DNA of 52,536 bases from an uncultured Bordetella sp. (GCA_964654745.1 CAZZKA010000001.1:1-52536); one strand, 5' to 3'; counted from the first letter of the stretch, positions 35,869-45,356 are shown. The notes: generated from the sequence alone by a model not told the origin. Translations and numbers: made by a program.

Positions 35869-36639
35869 CTACCGCGCAACCTCGGCAACAGCCGCGCAAA
35901 ATACTTCGGGATGCTCGATCTGGGGCAGGTGCCCGCAGCGGTCCACCACCTGCAGTTCGGCATGAGGCATGAGCCGGGCAAGCCGCTCACCGCACGCAAC
36001 CGGTATCACCTTGTCCTGGGCACCCCAGACGATACGCACCGGCATGTTCGCGCGGTGCAGCCATTTGGCGAGGTGCGGGTCATGCAACCGGGGCTCCCAG
36101 GCGAGCAGTGCGGTGGTATGCCGGTTCTTCAGCCGGATGTCCTGATCTGCCTCAGTAAGGGGCATTGACAGCACCTTGTCGACGAACGCCGGGCTATGGA
36201 AAAGATTCCTGACCAGCTGCTCATGTGACCAGAGAAAGATATCGCCCGGCTGCGCCTCGGCAACCCGGATGCCGGCGGGCCCGGCGAGCGTCATCGAGCG
36301 GATACGCTGCGGACTGCGCACCGCGATCTCCATCGCAAGCCAGCCGCCGATCGAACTGCCCACCAGATGTACGGGTCCGAGCTCAAGATGGTCGAGCAGG
36401 TCGAGATAGAAATAAGCGAGGTCATGAATGTTCTCGAGCCAGGGGGTCTCGTCGGACTGTCCATAGCCCGGGTGCTCGGGGATCAGGAGATCGTAGCGAT
36501 CAGCGAGCCTGGTCATGAAGGGCGCGATCAGCGCAGCGCCATCTGCGCCGTGCAGATACACCATTGCCGGTCCGCTGCCTGAACGCCGCAGCCTGATCCG
36601 GCAATTGTTGAGCGTGAGGAAACTTTCCTCAAAGGACAT
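35869..36639 (-). CDS. Alpha/beta-fold hydrolase (meta-cleavage-product hydrolase-like)
   Basis: HG motif VYLHGADG, nucleophile elbow GSSIGG, C-terminal CGHLPQIE. The ATG at 36639 is preceded by AGGAGG. The track extension to 36816 is rejected. Confidence 0.85.
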   Translation of the reverse strand: MSFEESFLTLNNCRIRLRRSGSGPAMVYLHGADGAALIAPFMTRLADRYDLLIPEHPGYGQSDETPWLENIHDLAYFYLDLLDHLELGPVHLVGSSIGGWLAMEIAVRSPQRIRSMTLAGPAGIRVAEAQPGDIFLWSHEQLVRNLFHSPAFVDKVLSMPLTEADQDIRLKNRHTTALLAWEPRLHDPHLAKWLHRANMPVRIVWGAQDKVIPVACGERLARLMPHAELQVVDRCGHLPQIEHPEVFCAAVAEVAR

Positions 36640-36708
36640 AGGGAATCCTCCTGGGCAACGGGCGCTCTGCGTGGAGCGGCCTCTGATGGGGGCAAAGGTG
36701 GGGGCGAT

Positions 36709-36754
36709 GTTTTGCGCAACCCCTTGTACTGCGCGACTCCTTGTTTTGCGCAAC
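36709..36754. promoter_or_regulatory. Two exact copies of GTTTTGCGCAAC (palindromic core TTGCGCAA) in a divergent promoter
   Basis: Copies lie at 36709-36720 and 36743-36754, 34 bp start to start, between the hydrolase/LLM operon and the EamA gene. Confidence 0.45.
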
Positions 36755-36824
36755 TCTTTTTCGCTTGATGTTAGGAAGGCCTGCTGGTACTTGTCAATGC
36801 ACGCTCTGTGCGACACTGCCAGCC

Positions 36825-37754
36825 GTGGATACTCGCAAGCCCTTGGACTCTCAGGCAGTGGGCCTGATGCTGCTCCTCAGCCTCATCTGGAGCTTCCAGC
36901 AGATTGCGCTCAAAGCCACCGCCGAGGAGTTTTCCCCTATGCTGCAGATCGCAGTCCGTTCCGGGGTGGGCGCGGGGCTTTTGTGGCTTTTCATGCGCCG
37001 CCGGGGCGAGACCCTTCCCCTTCGCGGCGGGCTCTGGAAACCCGGAGCAGCGATAGGGGTGCTGTTCGGGCTCGAGTATTTCTGTGTGGCGGAGGCCCTT
37101 CGTCACACCTCGGCGGCGCATGTCGTGGTGTTTCTTTATACCGCACCGGTCTTCGCTGCCCTGGGGCTGCATGGGAGGCTTCCGTCCGAGAGACTCACCG
37201 CCCTGCAGTGGGCCGGCATCGCGACGGCATTCCTGGGCATCGCAGTGGCCTTTTTCCCAACGGACGACACAGCGGGCGCAGGATGGGCCGCCATGCTCTG
37301 GGGTGACTTCCTCGCGCTGCTCGGCGGGCTCGCCTGGGGTGCGACGACCCTGGTCATTCGCACCACCCGCTTGTCGCCGCTACCGGCCACACAGACGCTC
37401 ATGTACCAGCTCCTGGGCGCTTTCTTCATCCTGCTCCCGGGAGCGTGGCTCACCGGTCAAACCCGCTTTGAACCATCGCCGCTCATCTGGGCTAACCTCT
37501 TCTACCAGTCGGTCGTGATGTCGTTCTTCAGCTACCTGCTGTGGTTCTGGATGCTGCGCCGATACCTCGCCGCACAACTGGGTGTGTTGACCTTCATCAC
37601 GCCCCTGTTTGCGGTTGTGCTGGGTGCGTGGCTGTTGGGCGAGGAGATTGCGCCGCGCTTTCTGACGGGAACGCTTTTCGTCGTCGCAGGCGTGGTGTTA
37701 GTCACCGGGCACGCGCTCATCCGATCGGCGCTGAGAACCCGACGCAGCCGCTGA
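36825..37754 (+). CDS. EamA/DMT-family transporter
   Basis: Ten hydrophobic segments in two EamA halves. The start is uncertain: GTG at 36825, ATG at 36867, or the track start at 36741. Confidence 0.8.
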   Translation: MDTRKPLDSQAVGLMLLLSLIWSFQQIALKATAEEFSPMLQIAVRSGVGAGLLWLFMRRRGETLPLRGGLWKPGAAIGVLFGLEYFCVAEALRHTSAAHVVVFLYTAPVFAALGLHGRLPSERLTALQWAGIATAFLGIAVAFFPTDDTAGAGWAAMLWGDFLALLGGLAWGATTLVIRTTRLSPLPATQTLMYQLLGAFFILLPGAWLTGQTRFEPSPLIWANLFYQSVVMSFFSYLLWFWMLRRYLAAQLGVLTFITPLFAVVLGAWLLGEEIAPRFLTGTLFVVAGVVLVTGHALIRSALRTRRSR

Positions 37755-37925
37755 GCATCTCTTCGCTGGCGCATAATAGGCTTCTTCATTCAGCCCTTCG
37801 ACGGGACCTGGTATGCGCATCGCAGCTCTTGCTCTCGCTAGGAAATCGTCAAGCGTGAAAAAGAGCTCGCAGCCGCTGCGAGGAAATAGGGATATCGCTG
37901 CCGCGGCGCGAGTCGGGAGCCTTTG

Positions 37926-39269
37926 GTGAAAATCTGTGTATTCGGTGCCGGGTATGTCGGGTTGGTGACTGCCGCCTGTCTTGCCGAAATGGGCAACACC
38001 GTCGTCGGGGTCGATATCGATCAAACGAGAGTCGACGGTCTTAACGCCGGGCGGGTGCCGATCCACGAGCCAGGGCTTGATGCTCTGCTGGTGCGTAACC
38101 TGGCGGCCAGGCGCCTGCGATTTACTGCCAGCGCGGAGGACGGTGTCAGCCACGGGGCTTTGATCTTCATTGCTGTCGGAACGCCCGAGGGCGAGGACGG
38201 GTCAGCCGACCTTCGCCACGTTCTGCGGGTCGCTCAGAGCATCGGCCGGAGCATGCGCGACTACAAGGTCGTGATCGATAAGAGCACGGTGCCGGTCGGT
38301 ACGGCCGATACGGTCCGCGAAGAAATCCGCCGTACACTCGAGGAGCGGGGCGCATCCGTCCCGTTCTCCATGGTTTCGAATCCTGAGTTCCTCAAAGAAG
38401 GTGCGGCGGTCGAGGACTTCATGCGTCCGGACCGAATCATCATAGGCTGCGAGACGGATCAGGCTGAGCAGCTGATGCGGACCCTCTATGCCCCCTTTGT
38501 CCGCAACCGTGACCGCATTCTCAGCATGAGCGTGCGGAGCGCCGAACTCGCCAAATACGCAGCTAACGCGATGCTGGCGACCCGTATCAGCTTCATGAAC
38601 GAATTGGCGGCGCTCGCCGACAAGGTCGGCGCCGATATTGAGCAGATTCGCGTTGGTCTCGGCTCGGATCGGCGTATCGGGTCGCATTTTCTTTACGCCG
38701 GGTGCGGGTGGGGTGGGTCGTGCTTTCCCAAGGATCTCACCGCCCTAGAGCGAATGGGCGTGGAAAACGGCGCGCCTCTGGCAATCGTCAAGGCCGCGAT
38801 CGATGTCAATCAACGTCAACGCGGGCTGCTCGGCCAGCGTATCGTCGAGCAGTTCGGGCCCGATCTGGCGGGCAAGGTGATCGGCGTCTGGGGCCTCGCA
38901 TTCAAGCCCGAAACCGACGATATGCGCGAGGCAACCAGCGTCACCCTGATCGATGAACTTCTTCGCCGGGGAGCAACCGTCCAGGCCTACGATCCGGTCG
39001 CTGCAAAGGCCGCAGAAAAAATCTGGCGGGGCCGAACAGACTTGCAGCTCTGCACGGACCAGCTTTCGGCCTGCGACAACGCTGACGCCCTGGTGATCGT
39101 GACCGAATGGCGAGAATTTCGCAGCCCTGACTTTGCAGAGCTCGCCTCGCGGATGCGCGGCCGCGTGCTGCTCGACGGGCGCAATATTCTCGATGCCGAC
39201 CTCGCTCGCACTGCCGGATTCAACTACCGCGGTATCGGCCGCCCGGTGCCAGGGCTGCCGCCGGGCTGA
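37926..39269 (+). CDS. ugd: UDP-glucose 6-dehydrogenase
   Basis: KICVFGAGYVGLVTAACLAEMGN Rossmann motif, catalytic GWGGSCFPKD, and the UDPG_MGDP_dh C-terminal domain. The start is GTG at 37926 or TTG at 37923. Confidence 0.92.
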   Translation: MKICVFGAGYVGLVTAACLAEMGNTVVGVDIDQTRVDGLNAGRVPIHEPGLDALLVRNLAARRLRFTASAEDGVSHGALIFIAVGTPEGEDGSADLRHVLRVAQSIGRSMRDYKVVIDKSTVPVGTADTVREEIRRTLEERGASVPFSMVSNPEFLKEGAAVEDFMRPDRIIIGCETDQAEQLMRTLYAPFVRNRDRILSMSVRSAELAKYAANAMLATRISFMNELAALADKVGADIEQIRVGLGSDRRIGSHFLYAGCGWGGSCFPKDLTALERMGVENGAPLAIVKAAIDVNQRQRGLLGQRIVEQFGPDLAGKVIGVWGLAFKPETDDMREATSVTLIDELLRRGATVQAYDPVAAKAAEKIWRGRTDLQLCTDQLSACDNADALVIVTEWREFRSPDFAELASRMRGRVLLDGRNILDADLARTAGFNYRGIGRPVPGLPPG

Positions 39270-39313
39270 CCGGAGTCAAGCGCTCGGCCGGTGCGAAATA
39301 CGTCGCCGCGGGC

Positions 39314-40663
39314 TCATGCCGCCGCCTCGACATAGGTTTCGCGTCTTCGCACCCGCGCGGCGGGGACCACCAGAGAAAAACTCGAGCCCTCCCCCGGTAC
39401 CGATCCGATCTCAAGCGCGCCGCCGTGGCGCTGGATTGCACCTCTCACGATAGACAGGCCAAGGCCTGTGCCACCGGCCTCGCTCGAGCGCCCTGGATCC
39501 ACCCGATAGAAGCGCTCGGCTAGCCGCGGCAAATGCTCTGCAGCGATTCCGGGGCCGTCATCGTTGACCGAAATTCGCAAGGCTCCGTTCGCCTGTGCGC
39601 CAATCGCGATCTGCACCGACGTGCCCGCGGGCGAGTGCCGGCATGCATTGGCGACGAGATTGTCGAGCGCAATCTGCAGTTCGGTCCGTGCCCCGGCGAC
39701 TTCCCAGAGGTCATCTCCCGCAACCGACAGGCGCATCCTGGAACCGAAAGCCGCAGCGGCCCGGTGCAGGCTCTCGTCGACCAGCTCGGCCACTCCCACC
39801 CAGTCCTCCATCGACGGCGCAGCCTTGCCCTCTATCTCCGCGAGTGTCAGCAGGTCCTCGATGATCGCCTGCATGCGAGACGTCTGCGCGGCCATCGTGG
39901 CGGTCATCCGCTGTTGCGAGGCAGGGTCGAGACGGACCGACTGGAGTGTTTCGATCGTCCCTGAGATCACCGTGAGCGGTGTCTTCAATTCGTGCGAGGC
40001 ATTGGCGATGAGGTCGCGCTGCATCTGCTCGTTTCGTTCGCGCTCGGTCACGTCCTGGGACAAAACCAGCACGCCGTCGGAGTAGGGCCTGACCACGACC
40101 TGAAGGCGCCCCACGCCCCTGGGTCCGCGCATCAGCAGCGGTGATTCGAAGTCTCCCATTCTGAGGTACTGAACAAAATCGGGATCGCGCACGATGTTGG
40201 TCACCGGCTGGCGTCGGTCGCGCTCGATGTCAAGCATGAAATGCAGCGCGGCAAACCGGTTGCACCAGGAAATTTCGAGGGATGATGTGAGCAACACCAC
40301 GCCATTGGGCGATGCGTCGATGGCGGCGAGAAAAGACTCCAGGCGCTGACGCTCAGTAGCCAGCTCGCGTTCGTAGACAACGTAACTGCGACTTATGCGG
40401 TAGGCGACCTCACCCCAGTAGCCAGACGCCGGCGCTTTTTCAGCGCCGGGGGCATCGCGCTGGTCGCGGGAGAGCCGAGCCCAGCGCGCAAGACGAGCCC
40501 CTTGGAACCGCTCCCTCACAAGGGCCGCAACAACGCCGGCAAGCGCGCCGGAAATCATCAAGACCAGGGGCGCGATTGTCTCGCCCGACAGCGCTGCCGC
40601 GAGCAGACCGGCAATTGCGCCGAGGGCTCCCAGCAGGAAGGGCGAATTGAAGCTTGCAATCAT
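39314..40663 (-). CDS. phoR: Phosphate regulon sensor histidine kinase PhoR
   Basis: Two N-terminal TM segments, a PAS-like region (FLAAIDASPNGVVLL...ISWCN), H-box ANASHELKTPLTV, and N/G boxes (NACRH, DDGPGI, GTGLGLSIV). It sits immediately downstream of phoU. Confidence 0.88.
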   Translation of the reverse strand: MIASFNSPFLLGALGAIAGLLAAALSGETIAPLVLMISGALAGVVAALVRERFQGARLARWARLSRDQRDAPGAEKAPASGYWGEVAYRISRSYVVYERELATERQRLESFLAAIDASPNGVVLLTSSLEISWCNRFAALHFMLDIERDRRQPVTNIVRDPDFVQYLRMGDFESPLLMRGPRGVGRLQVVVRPYSDGVLVLSQDVTERERNEQMQRDLIANASHELKTPLTVISGTIETLQSVRLDPASQQRMTATMAAQTSRMQAIIEDLLTLAEIEGKAAPSMEDWVGVAELVDESLHRAAAAFGSRMRLSVAGDDLWEVAGARTELQIALDNLVANACRHSPAGTSVQIAIGAQANGALRISVNDDGPGIAAEHLPRLAERFYRVDPGRSSEAGGTGLGLSIVRGAIQRHGGALEIGSVPGEGSSFSLVVPAARVRRRETYVEAAA

Positions 40664-40708
40664 CGCAAGATCAGCGCCAGCGCTCGCTCAAACTCCCGGA
40701 CCTGGGTT

Positions 40709-41416
40709 TCATCCCACGGCGTCCTCAACCGCCTCCATGGGAGAGTGGCGCACATCGGTACCCTTGACGATGTAGATGACCGCCTCGGCGAGATTTTTAG
40801 CGTGATCACCAACGCGCTCGACCGCCTTGCCCACGAAGACCAGATCGATGCACGACGAAATCGTCCTGGGATCCTCCATCATGTAGGTGATCAGCTTTCG
40901 AAGCAGCCCCTCGAACTCGTTATCGATCTGGCGATCCTGTTTGATGACTTCCAGCGCGGCAACGGTATCAAGACGCGCAAAGGAGTCGAGCGCCTTGCGC
41001 AGAAGATCAATAGCCATGTCGGATTCGAACTGCAGATCCGTTACCGGCAGCCGCAGCCGATTGGGAAGCCCGACCGCGAGCAATCGCTGCACAACACGGG
41101 CAGTACGAGCCGCCTCGTCGCCCACCCGCTCCAGATTGGCCGTAATGCGGCTGATCGCGATCAACAGGCGCAGGTCTCGGGCGGTCGGCTGCCTGAGGGC
41201 GATGATTCCCGACAGCTCTCTGTCGATCTCGATCTCAAACCGGTTGACCCGGACCTCCTCGCGAAGCACCTCTGCAGCGAGTTCGCCGTCAAAAGCGGTC
41301 ATCGAAGCGATCGCCTTGCCGACCTGGCTTTCGACGAGGCCCCCCATCTCGAGAACCCGCGAAGAAACGCCGCTCAGCTCGGCATCAAACTGCGTTGAAA
41401 GGTGTCTGTCGCTCAT
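40709..41416 (-). CDS. phoU: Phosphate signalling complex protein PhoU
   Basis: 235 aa with a duplicated PhoU repeat (E..D....ERIGD-type: LERVGDEA and VERVGDHA). Confidence 0.93.
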   Translation of the reverse strand: MSDRHLSTQFDAELSGVSSRVLEMGGLVESQVGKAIASMTAFDGELAAEVLREEVRVNRFEIEIDRELSGIIALRQPTARDLRLLIAISRITANLERVGDEAARTARVVQRLLAVGLPNRLRLPVTDLQFESDMAIDLLRKALDSFARLDTVAALEVIKQDRQIDNEFEGLLRKLITYMMEDPRTISSCIDLVFVGKAVERVGDHAKNLAEAVIYIVKGTDVRHSPMEAVEDAVG

Positions 41417-41423
41417 GGTTTCC

Positions 41424-42218
41424 TCAACCGAAACGGCCGGTGATGTAGTCCTCGGTCTCGCGGCGCCTGGGCTTCATGAAAATTTCCTTGGTTTCGCCGA
41501 ACTCGACCAAATCGCCAAGATACATGTAGGAAACATAGTCGGAAACCCGCGCAGCCTGTTGCATGTTGTGCGTGACGATCAACACCGTGACCTTTTTCTT
41601 GATCTCGGAGACGAGTTCTTCGATGCTGCCGGTGGCGATCGGATCGAGCGCGGAGGTCGGCTCGTCAAACAGGATCATCTCCGGATCCGTCGCGAGCGCG
41701 CGGGCGATGCACAAGCGCTGCTGCTGCCCGCCCGACAAATTGACCGCCAGATCGTCCAGGCGGTCCTTGACCTCGTTCCAGAGCGCGGCGCCCCGCAGCG
41801 CATCCTCGACCTTGTCGTCGAGTAGCCCCCGCCGCCGCTCGCCGCGCACCCTGAGACCGTAGGCAACGTTCTCGTAAATCGACTTCGGAAAGGGGTTGGG
41901 CTTTTGGAACACCATTGAAATCCGCATCCGCACTTCGATAGGATCGACTTCCGGGTTGAGAATATTGACCGCATCCGGAAGCAGTTCAATCGATCCCTCA
42001 TAGCGGTGCCCCGGATACAGGTCGTGCATGCGGTTGAAGCAACGCAGGAAAGTGGATTTGCCGCACCCGGAGGGCCCGATCAGCGCAGTCACCTTGTTGG
42101 CGTAGATCGGCATCGAGATGCTTTTCAGCGCCTGGTAAGCGCCGTAATAAAAATTAAGACTTTTCGCCTGCGCCTTTAAATCCGGAGGATTCTCAGGAAG
42201 CGTGATCGTTGAGGCCAT
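41424..42218 (-). CDS. pstB: Phosphate ABC transporter ATP-binding protein PstB
   Basis: [50 protein letters not shown]. Confidence 0.95.
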   Translation of the reverse strand: MASTITLPENPPDLKAQAKSLNFYYGAYQALKSISMPIYANKVTALIGPSGCGKSTFLRCFNRMHDLYPGHRYEGSIELLPDAVNILNPEVDPIEVRMRISMVFQKPNPFPKSIYENVAYGLRVRGERRRGLLDDKVEDALRGAALWNEVKDRLDDLAVNLSGGQQQRLCIARALATDPEMILFDEPTSALDPIATGSIEELVSEIKKKVTVLIVTHNMQQAARVSDYVSYMYLGDLVEFGETKEIFMKPRRRETEDYITGRFG

Positions 42219-42257
42219 GGCGGATCCGGTTGGAGATCAGGGTCGAATACTTCAGGC

Positions 42258-43184
42258 TTACCACTTGATGTTCTTTCGCAGGCGATACCGCAGCCAGATG
42301 GCAATCGCATTCATTCCTAGTGTCATGAAGACAAGCACAAAGCTTGCGGCAGCAGCGTTTTGATGAAACGAGGGATCAGGGCGCGAGGTCCAGTTGAAGA
42401 TCTGGATCGGCATCACGGTGAAGGGGGACATCAGCCAATCAAAGAGCCCCGCCGGAGGGTCACCGGCGAAAGGGACCGGCGGCAGGAAAGCGATAAAGGT
42501 CAGGGCCCCGATCGTGATGATGGGCGCCGTCTCACCGATCGCGCGTGACAATCCGATGATCACGCCCGTAAGAATCCCCGGGGTGCTGTAGGGCACCAGA
42601 TGCTGGCTTACTACCTGCCAGCGCGATGCACCGCAGGCGTAGGCTCCCTCGCGGATGTATTGCGGGATTGAGCGCAAGGCTTCTCGCGTGGTGGTGATGA
42701 CGATCGGGAGGATGAGCAGAGCAAGCGTGAGGCCCGCGGTGAGGATCGACTGGCCCAGGCCAAAGGTATAGACGAACAGCCCGAGTGCCAGCAGGCCGTA
42801 AATAATCGAGGGCACACCCGCCAGATTAGTGATGTTGATTTCAATGACGTCGGTGAACCAGTTCCGTCGCGCATACTCCTCAAGGTAGATTGCACCAGCG
42901 ATACCCACCGGGACCGCCACGAGCGCCGTTACGATCATCACCAGAATGGAGCCCACCCAGGCCGACAGGATGCCCGCCTGCGCCGACCTGCGTGACGGAA
43001 ATGAGGTAAAGAAGTCCGCGTTGAGCCGGGGTATCCCGCTCACCGCCATATCGACGAAGAGCGCGAGCAGCGTGAGGATTCCCACCGATAGCGCGAGCAG
43101 TCCGAGAACGCCGAACATGATGTCCCATCGCTTGTGGCGCCGGATCATGTCGCGAATCGCCTGATTGTCCATCCGGACAGCCAT
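42258..43184 (-). CDS. pstA: Phosphate ABC transporter permease PstA
   Basis: Polytopic protein with a REGAYACGASRWQ-type EAA loop, positioned between pstC and pstB. Confidence 0.92.
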   Translation of the reverse strand: MAVRMDNQAIRDMIRRHKRWDIMFGVLGLLALSVGILTLLALFVDMAVSGIPRLNADFFTSFPSRRSAQAGILSAWVGSILVMIVTALVAVPVGIAGAIYLEEYARRNWFTDVIEINITNLAGVPSIIYGLLALGLFVYTFGLGQSILTAGLTLALLILPIVITTTREALRSIPQYIREGAYACGASRWQVVSQHLVPYSTPGILTGVIIGLSRAIGETAPIITIGALTFIAFLPPVPFAGDPPAGLFDWLMSPFTVMPIQIFNWTSRPDPSFHQNAAAASFVLVFMTLGMNAIAIWLRYRLRKNIKW

Positions 43185-43185
43185 T

Positions 43186-44148
43186 TCAGTAGGCCTCGCG
43201 AAAACGCCGCCTCAGCCAGTGGCCGGCGAGATTGAAAGTAAGCGTCAGGACCATGAGCGACAGACCGGCGGCAAAGATGGTCTGATAACCGACACTGCCG
43301 TGCGGCAGATCGCCCAACGCGACCTGGACGATATATGAGGTGATCGTCGCCGCCGGCTCGAGAGGATTGAAGCTCAACGAGGGTTGCATGCCGGCTGCGA
43401 CCGCAAGAATCATGGTCTCACCCACCGCGCGCGAGATTCCCAGAATATAGGCCGATGCGATGCCCGAAAAGGCAGCGGGAAAGACTACCTTGATAGCGGT
43501 CTGAAAACGCGTAGCCCCCATGGCGTACGAGCCCTCGCGCAGACTCATCGGTACGGCGCGCATCGCATCCTCCGACAGCGAGGACACATAGGGGATGATC
43601 ATGATGCCCATCACGATGCCGGCTGACAGCACATTGAAGCCGGGGAGCTCGGGGATCAGCTTTTGCAAAAGCGGCGTGACGAACAGCAACGCAAAATAGC
43701 CGTAGATGATTGTCGGCACCCCCGAGAGCAGCTCGAGGATGGGCTTGAGTGTTTCCCGGGTGCGGTGCCCAGCAAATTCGGAGAGGTAGACCGCAATGAT
43801 GGTGCCCAGCGGGATGGCGATGGAAAGCGCGACCAGCGAGCTCGTGATGGTGCCCGACATCAGCACCCAGATGCCAAAGTGAGGGTCGGAAAAGAGCGGC
43901 GTCCACTGGGTGTCGGTCAGGAAGTCGACGATGGAGACATGCCTGAAAAACTCGAAGGATTCCCGGATCAGCACCCAGACGATGCCAAGGGTTGTAAACA
44001 CCGAGACGCACGCTGCAGACAAAAGAGCCAGCTCGATCGCCCGCTCGCGACGCTGCCGCTTGATACGGTTCGCAGAGAATTGGGCGAGGCGCGAGGCCGG
44101 ATCAGTCGCTGGCGGCGCCACGGTCGCTGCTGAAGCGGGTAGGGTCAA
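43186..44148 (-). CDS. pstC: Phosphate ABC transporter permease PstC
   Basis: EAA loop LREGSYAMGATRFQ. I prefer the TTG at 44148 (TGGAG about 7 nt upstream) over the track ATG at 44217, which lacks an SD. The start is uncertain. Confidence 0.88.
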   Translation of the reverse strand: MTLPASAATVAPPATDPASRLAQFSANRIKRQRRERAIELALLSAACVSVFTTLGIVWVLIRESFEFFRHVSIVDFLTDTQWTPLFSDPHFGIWVLMSGTITSSLVALSIAIPLGTIIAVYLSEFAGHRTRETLKPILELLSGVPTIIYGYFALLFVTPLLQKLIPELPGFNVLSAGIVMGIMIIPYVSSLSEDAMRAVPMSLREGSYAMGATRFQTAIKVVFPAAFSGIASAYILGISRAVGETMILAVAAGMQPSLSFNPLEPAATITSYIVQVALGDLPHGSVGYQTIFAAGLSLMVLTLTFNLAGHWLRRRFREAY

Positions 44149-44244
44149 GCGGCACTCCAGAAAGACATGCCGGCCCAGACGGCCGGCATGAGGCTTGTCA
44201 CAAACGGCCCGTCGCATCGCCAGCGTACGGGCCCCGAATACATC

Positions 44245-45249
44245 TTACATTTTCGCTTCGCGCGCGAGCAGATCTTCGATCCGGACGCCTACTTCATTTT
44301 TGCCGCCAAAGACGGTGCCCTTCTTGAGCTTCGAAATATTTTCCAGACCTACTATATAAGCCTTGTCAGGAAGCGGAACATACTTCACTTCCTTGGCGAT
44401 CTTGGAAGCGTGCTTCATGTAGTACTCGGCAAATTGCTTCACCTCCGGCTTGGCGAGCGACTTGACCGAAACGTAGATGAATATCGGACGGGAGAGCGGC
44501 TGATAGCTGCCGTCCAAAACGCTTGCCTCGCTCGGGCCCACAGCGGGCTTGCCGGCCTTTTCGATGATGGGAAGCGCCTTAAGCTTCTTCGCATTTTCGG
44601 CAAAGTAGGCATAACCAAAATAGCCGAGAGCGTTGACATCCTGCGACACCCCCTGGACCAGAACGTTGTCGTCCTCGGATGCGGTAAAGTCGCCACGGCT
44701 CGCCTTGGACTTGCCGTTGATCGCCTCGGTGAAGTAGTCGAACGTGCCCGAATCCGACCCTGCCCCGAAAAGCTTCATCGGAGCATCGGGCCATGCTGGA
44801 TTAACCTGATTCCAGCGGGTGATTTTGCCCTGGGCGGCTGGTTCCCAGATTTTCTTCAGTTCATCGACCGTAATCGCCTGCAGCCAGGTATTGCGCGGGT
44901 TGATGACGACAGTGAGCGCATCGAAAGCCACGGGCAGCTCGATGTATTCCACCCCTGCTGCCCGGCAATCCGCCATCTCCTGCGCAAGGATGGGGCGCGA
45001 GGCGTTCTGCACGTCGATCTCGCCGCGGCAGAACTTTTTGAAACCGCCGCCTGTTCCCGAAATACCGACGGTAACCTTGAGCTTGCCTTTGCTCGCCTTC
45101 TGAAAGTCCTCGGCGATGCCCTCGGTCACGGGGAAAACGGTCGAGGAGCCGTCAATCTTTACCACCTGTTGGGCAAGAGCCGGCACCGAAGACAGGAAGG
45201 CGGCGACGCCGGCGGCGGCGAAGAGCGGGAGAGTTGCTAGACGAAGCAT
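44245..45249 (-). CDS. pstS: Phosphate ABC transporter substrate-binding protein PstS
   Basis: Signal peptide MLRLATLPLFAAAGVAAFLSSVPALAQ, then KIDGSSTVFPVTE...GISGTGGGFKKF. The ATG at 45249 is preceded by GAAGGA. Confidence 0.93.
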   Translation of the reverse strand: MLRLATLPLFAAAGVAAFLSSVPALAQQVVKIDGSSTVFPVTEGIAEDFQKASKGKLKVTVGISGTGGGFKKFCRGEIDVQNASRPILAQEMADCRAAGVEYIELPVAFDALTVVINPRNTWLQAITVDELKKIWEPAAQGKITRWNQVNPAWPDAPMKLFGAGSDSGTFDYFTEAINGKSKASRGDFTASEDDNVLVQGVSQDVNALGYFGYAYFAENAKKLKALPIIEKAGKPAVGPSEASVLDGSYQPLSRPIFIYVSVKSLAKPEVKQFAEYYMKHASKIAKEVKYVPLPDKAYIVGLENISKLKKGTVFGGKNEVGVRIEDLLAREAKM

Positions 45250-45305
45250 TGGGCGATCCTTCAGTAAGGCGTTTAGCGAATACCCAGGCACGATAAGATG
45301 GCTTT

Positions 45306-45323
45306 GTTACGGGTTCGTGACAG
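45306..45323 (-). promoter_or_regulatory. Pho box (PhoB-binding direct repeat) upstream of pstS
   Basis: The minus strand reads CTGTCAC-GAAC-CCGTAAC. This is two 7-mers with a 4-nt spacer, close to the consensus CTGTCAT-N4-CTGTCAT, and lies 57-74 nt upstream of the pstS ATG. Confidence 0.6.
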
Positions 45324-45356
45324 ACCGACCTGCGGGGGGCCAACCCCTTCGCGATT

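Noticed and set aside
37866-37882. Perfect 7-bp stem (CTCGCAG/CTGCGAG, 3-nt loop) upstream of ugd
   Set aside because: No U-tract follows it on the plus strand. The T-run lies on the minus-strand side, where there is no credible gene (37698-38153 is a shadow ORF). The stem is also short, so I did not call it a terminator.
15943-45291. N-terminal extensions offered by the track for several genes (15943, 22253, 24365, 25700, 25875, 28466, 36816, 36741, 44217, 45291, 51261)
   Set aside because: Internal starts with Shine-Dalgarno sequences give N-termini that begin with the expected signal peptides or conserved family N-termini. The extensions add Arg/Pro-rich or otherwise atypical residues. 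The exact starts for the P-type ATPase, pstC and EamA remain uncertain.
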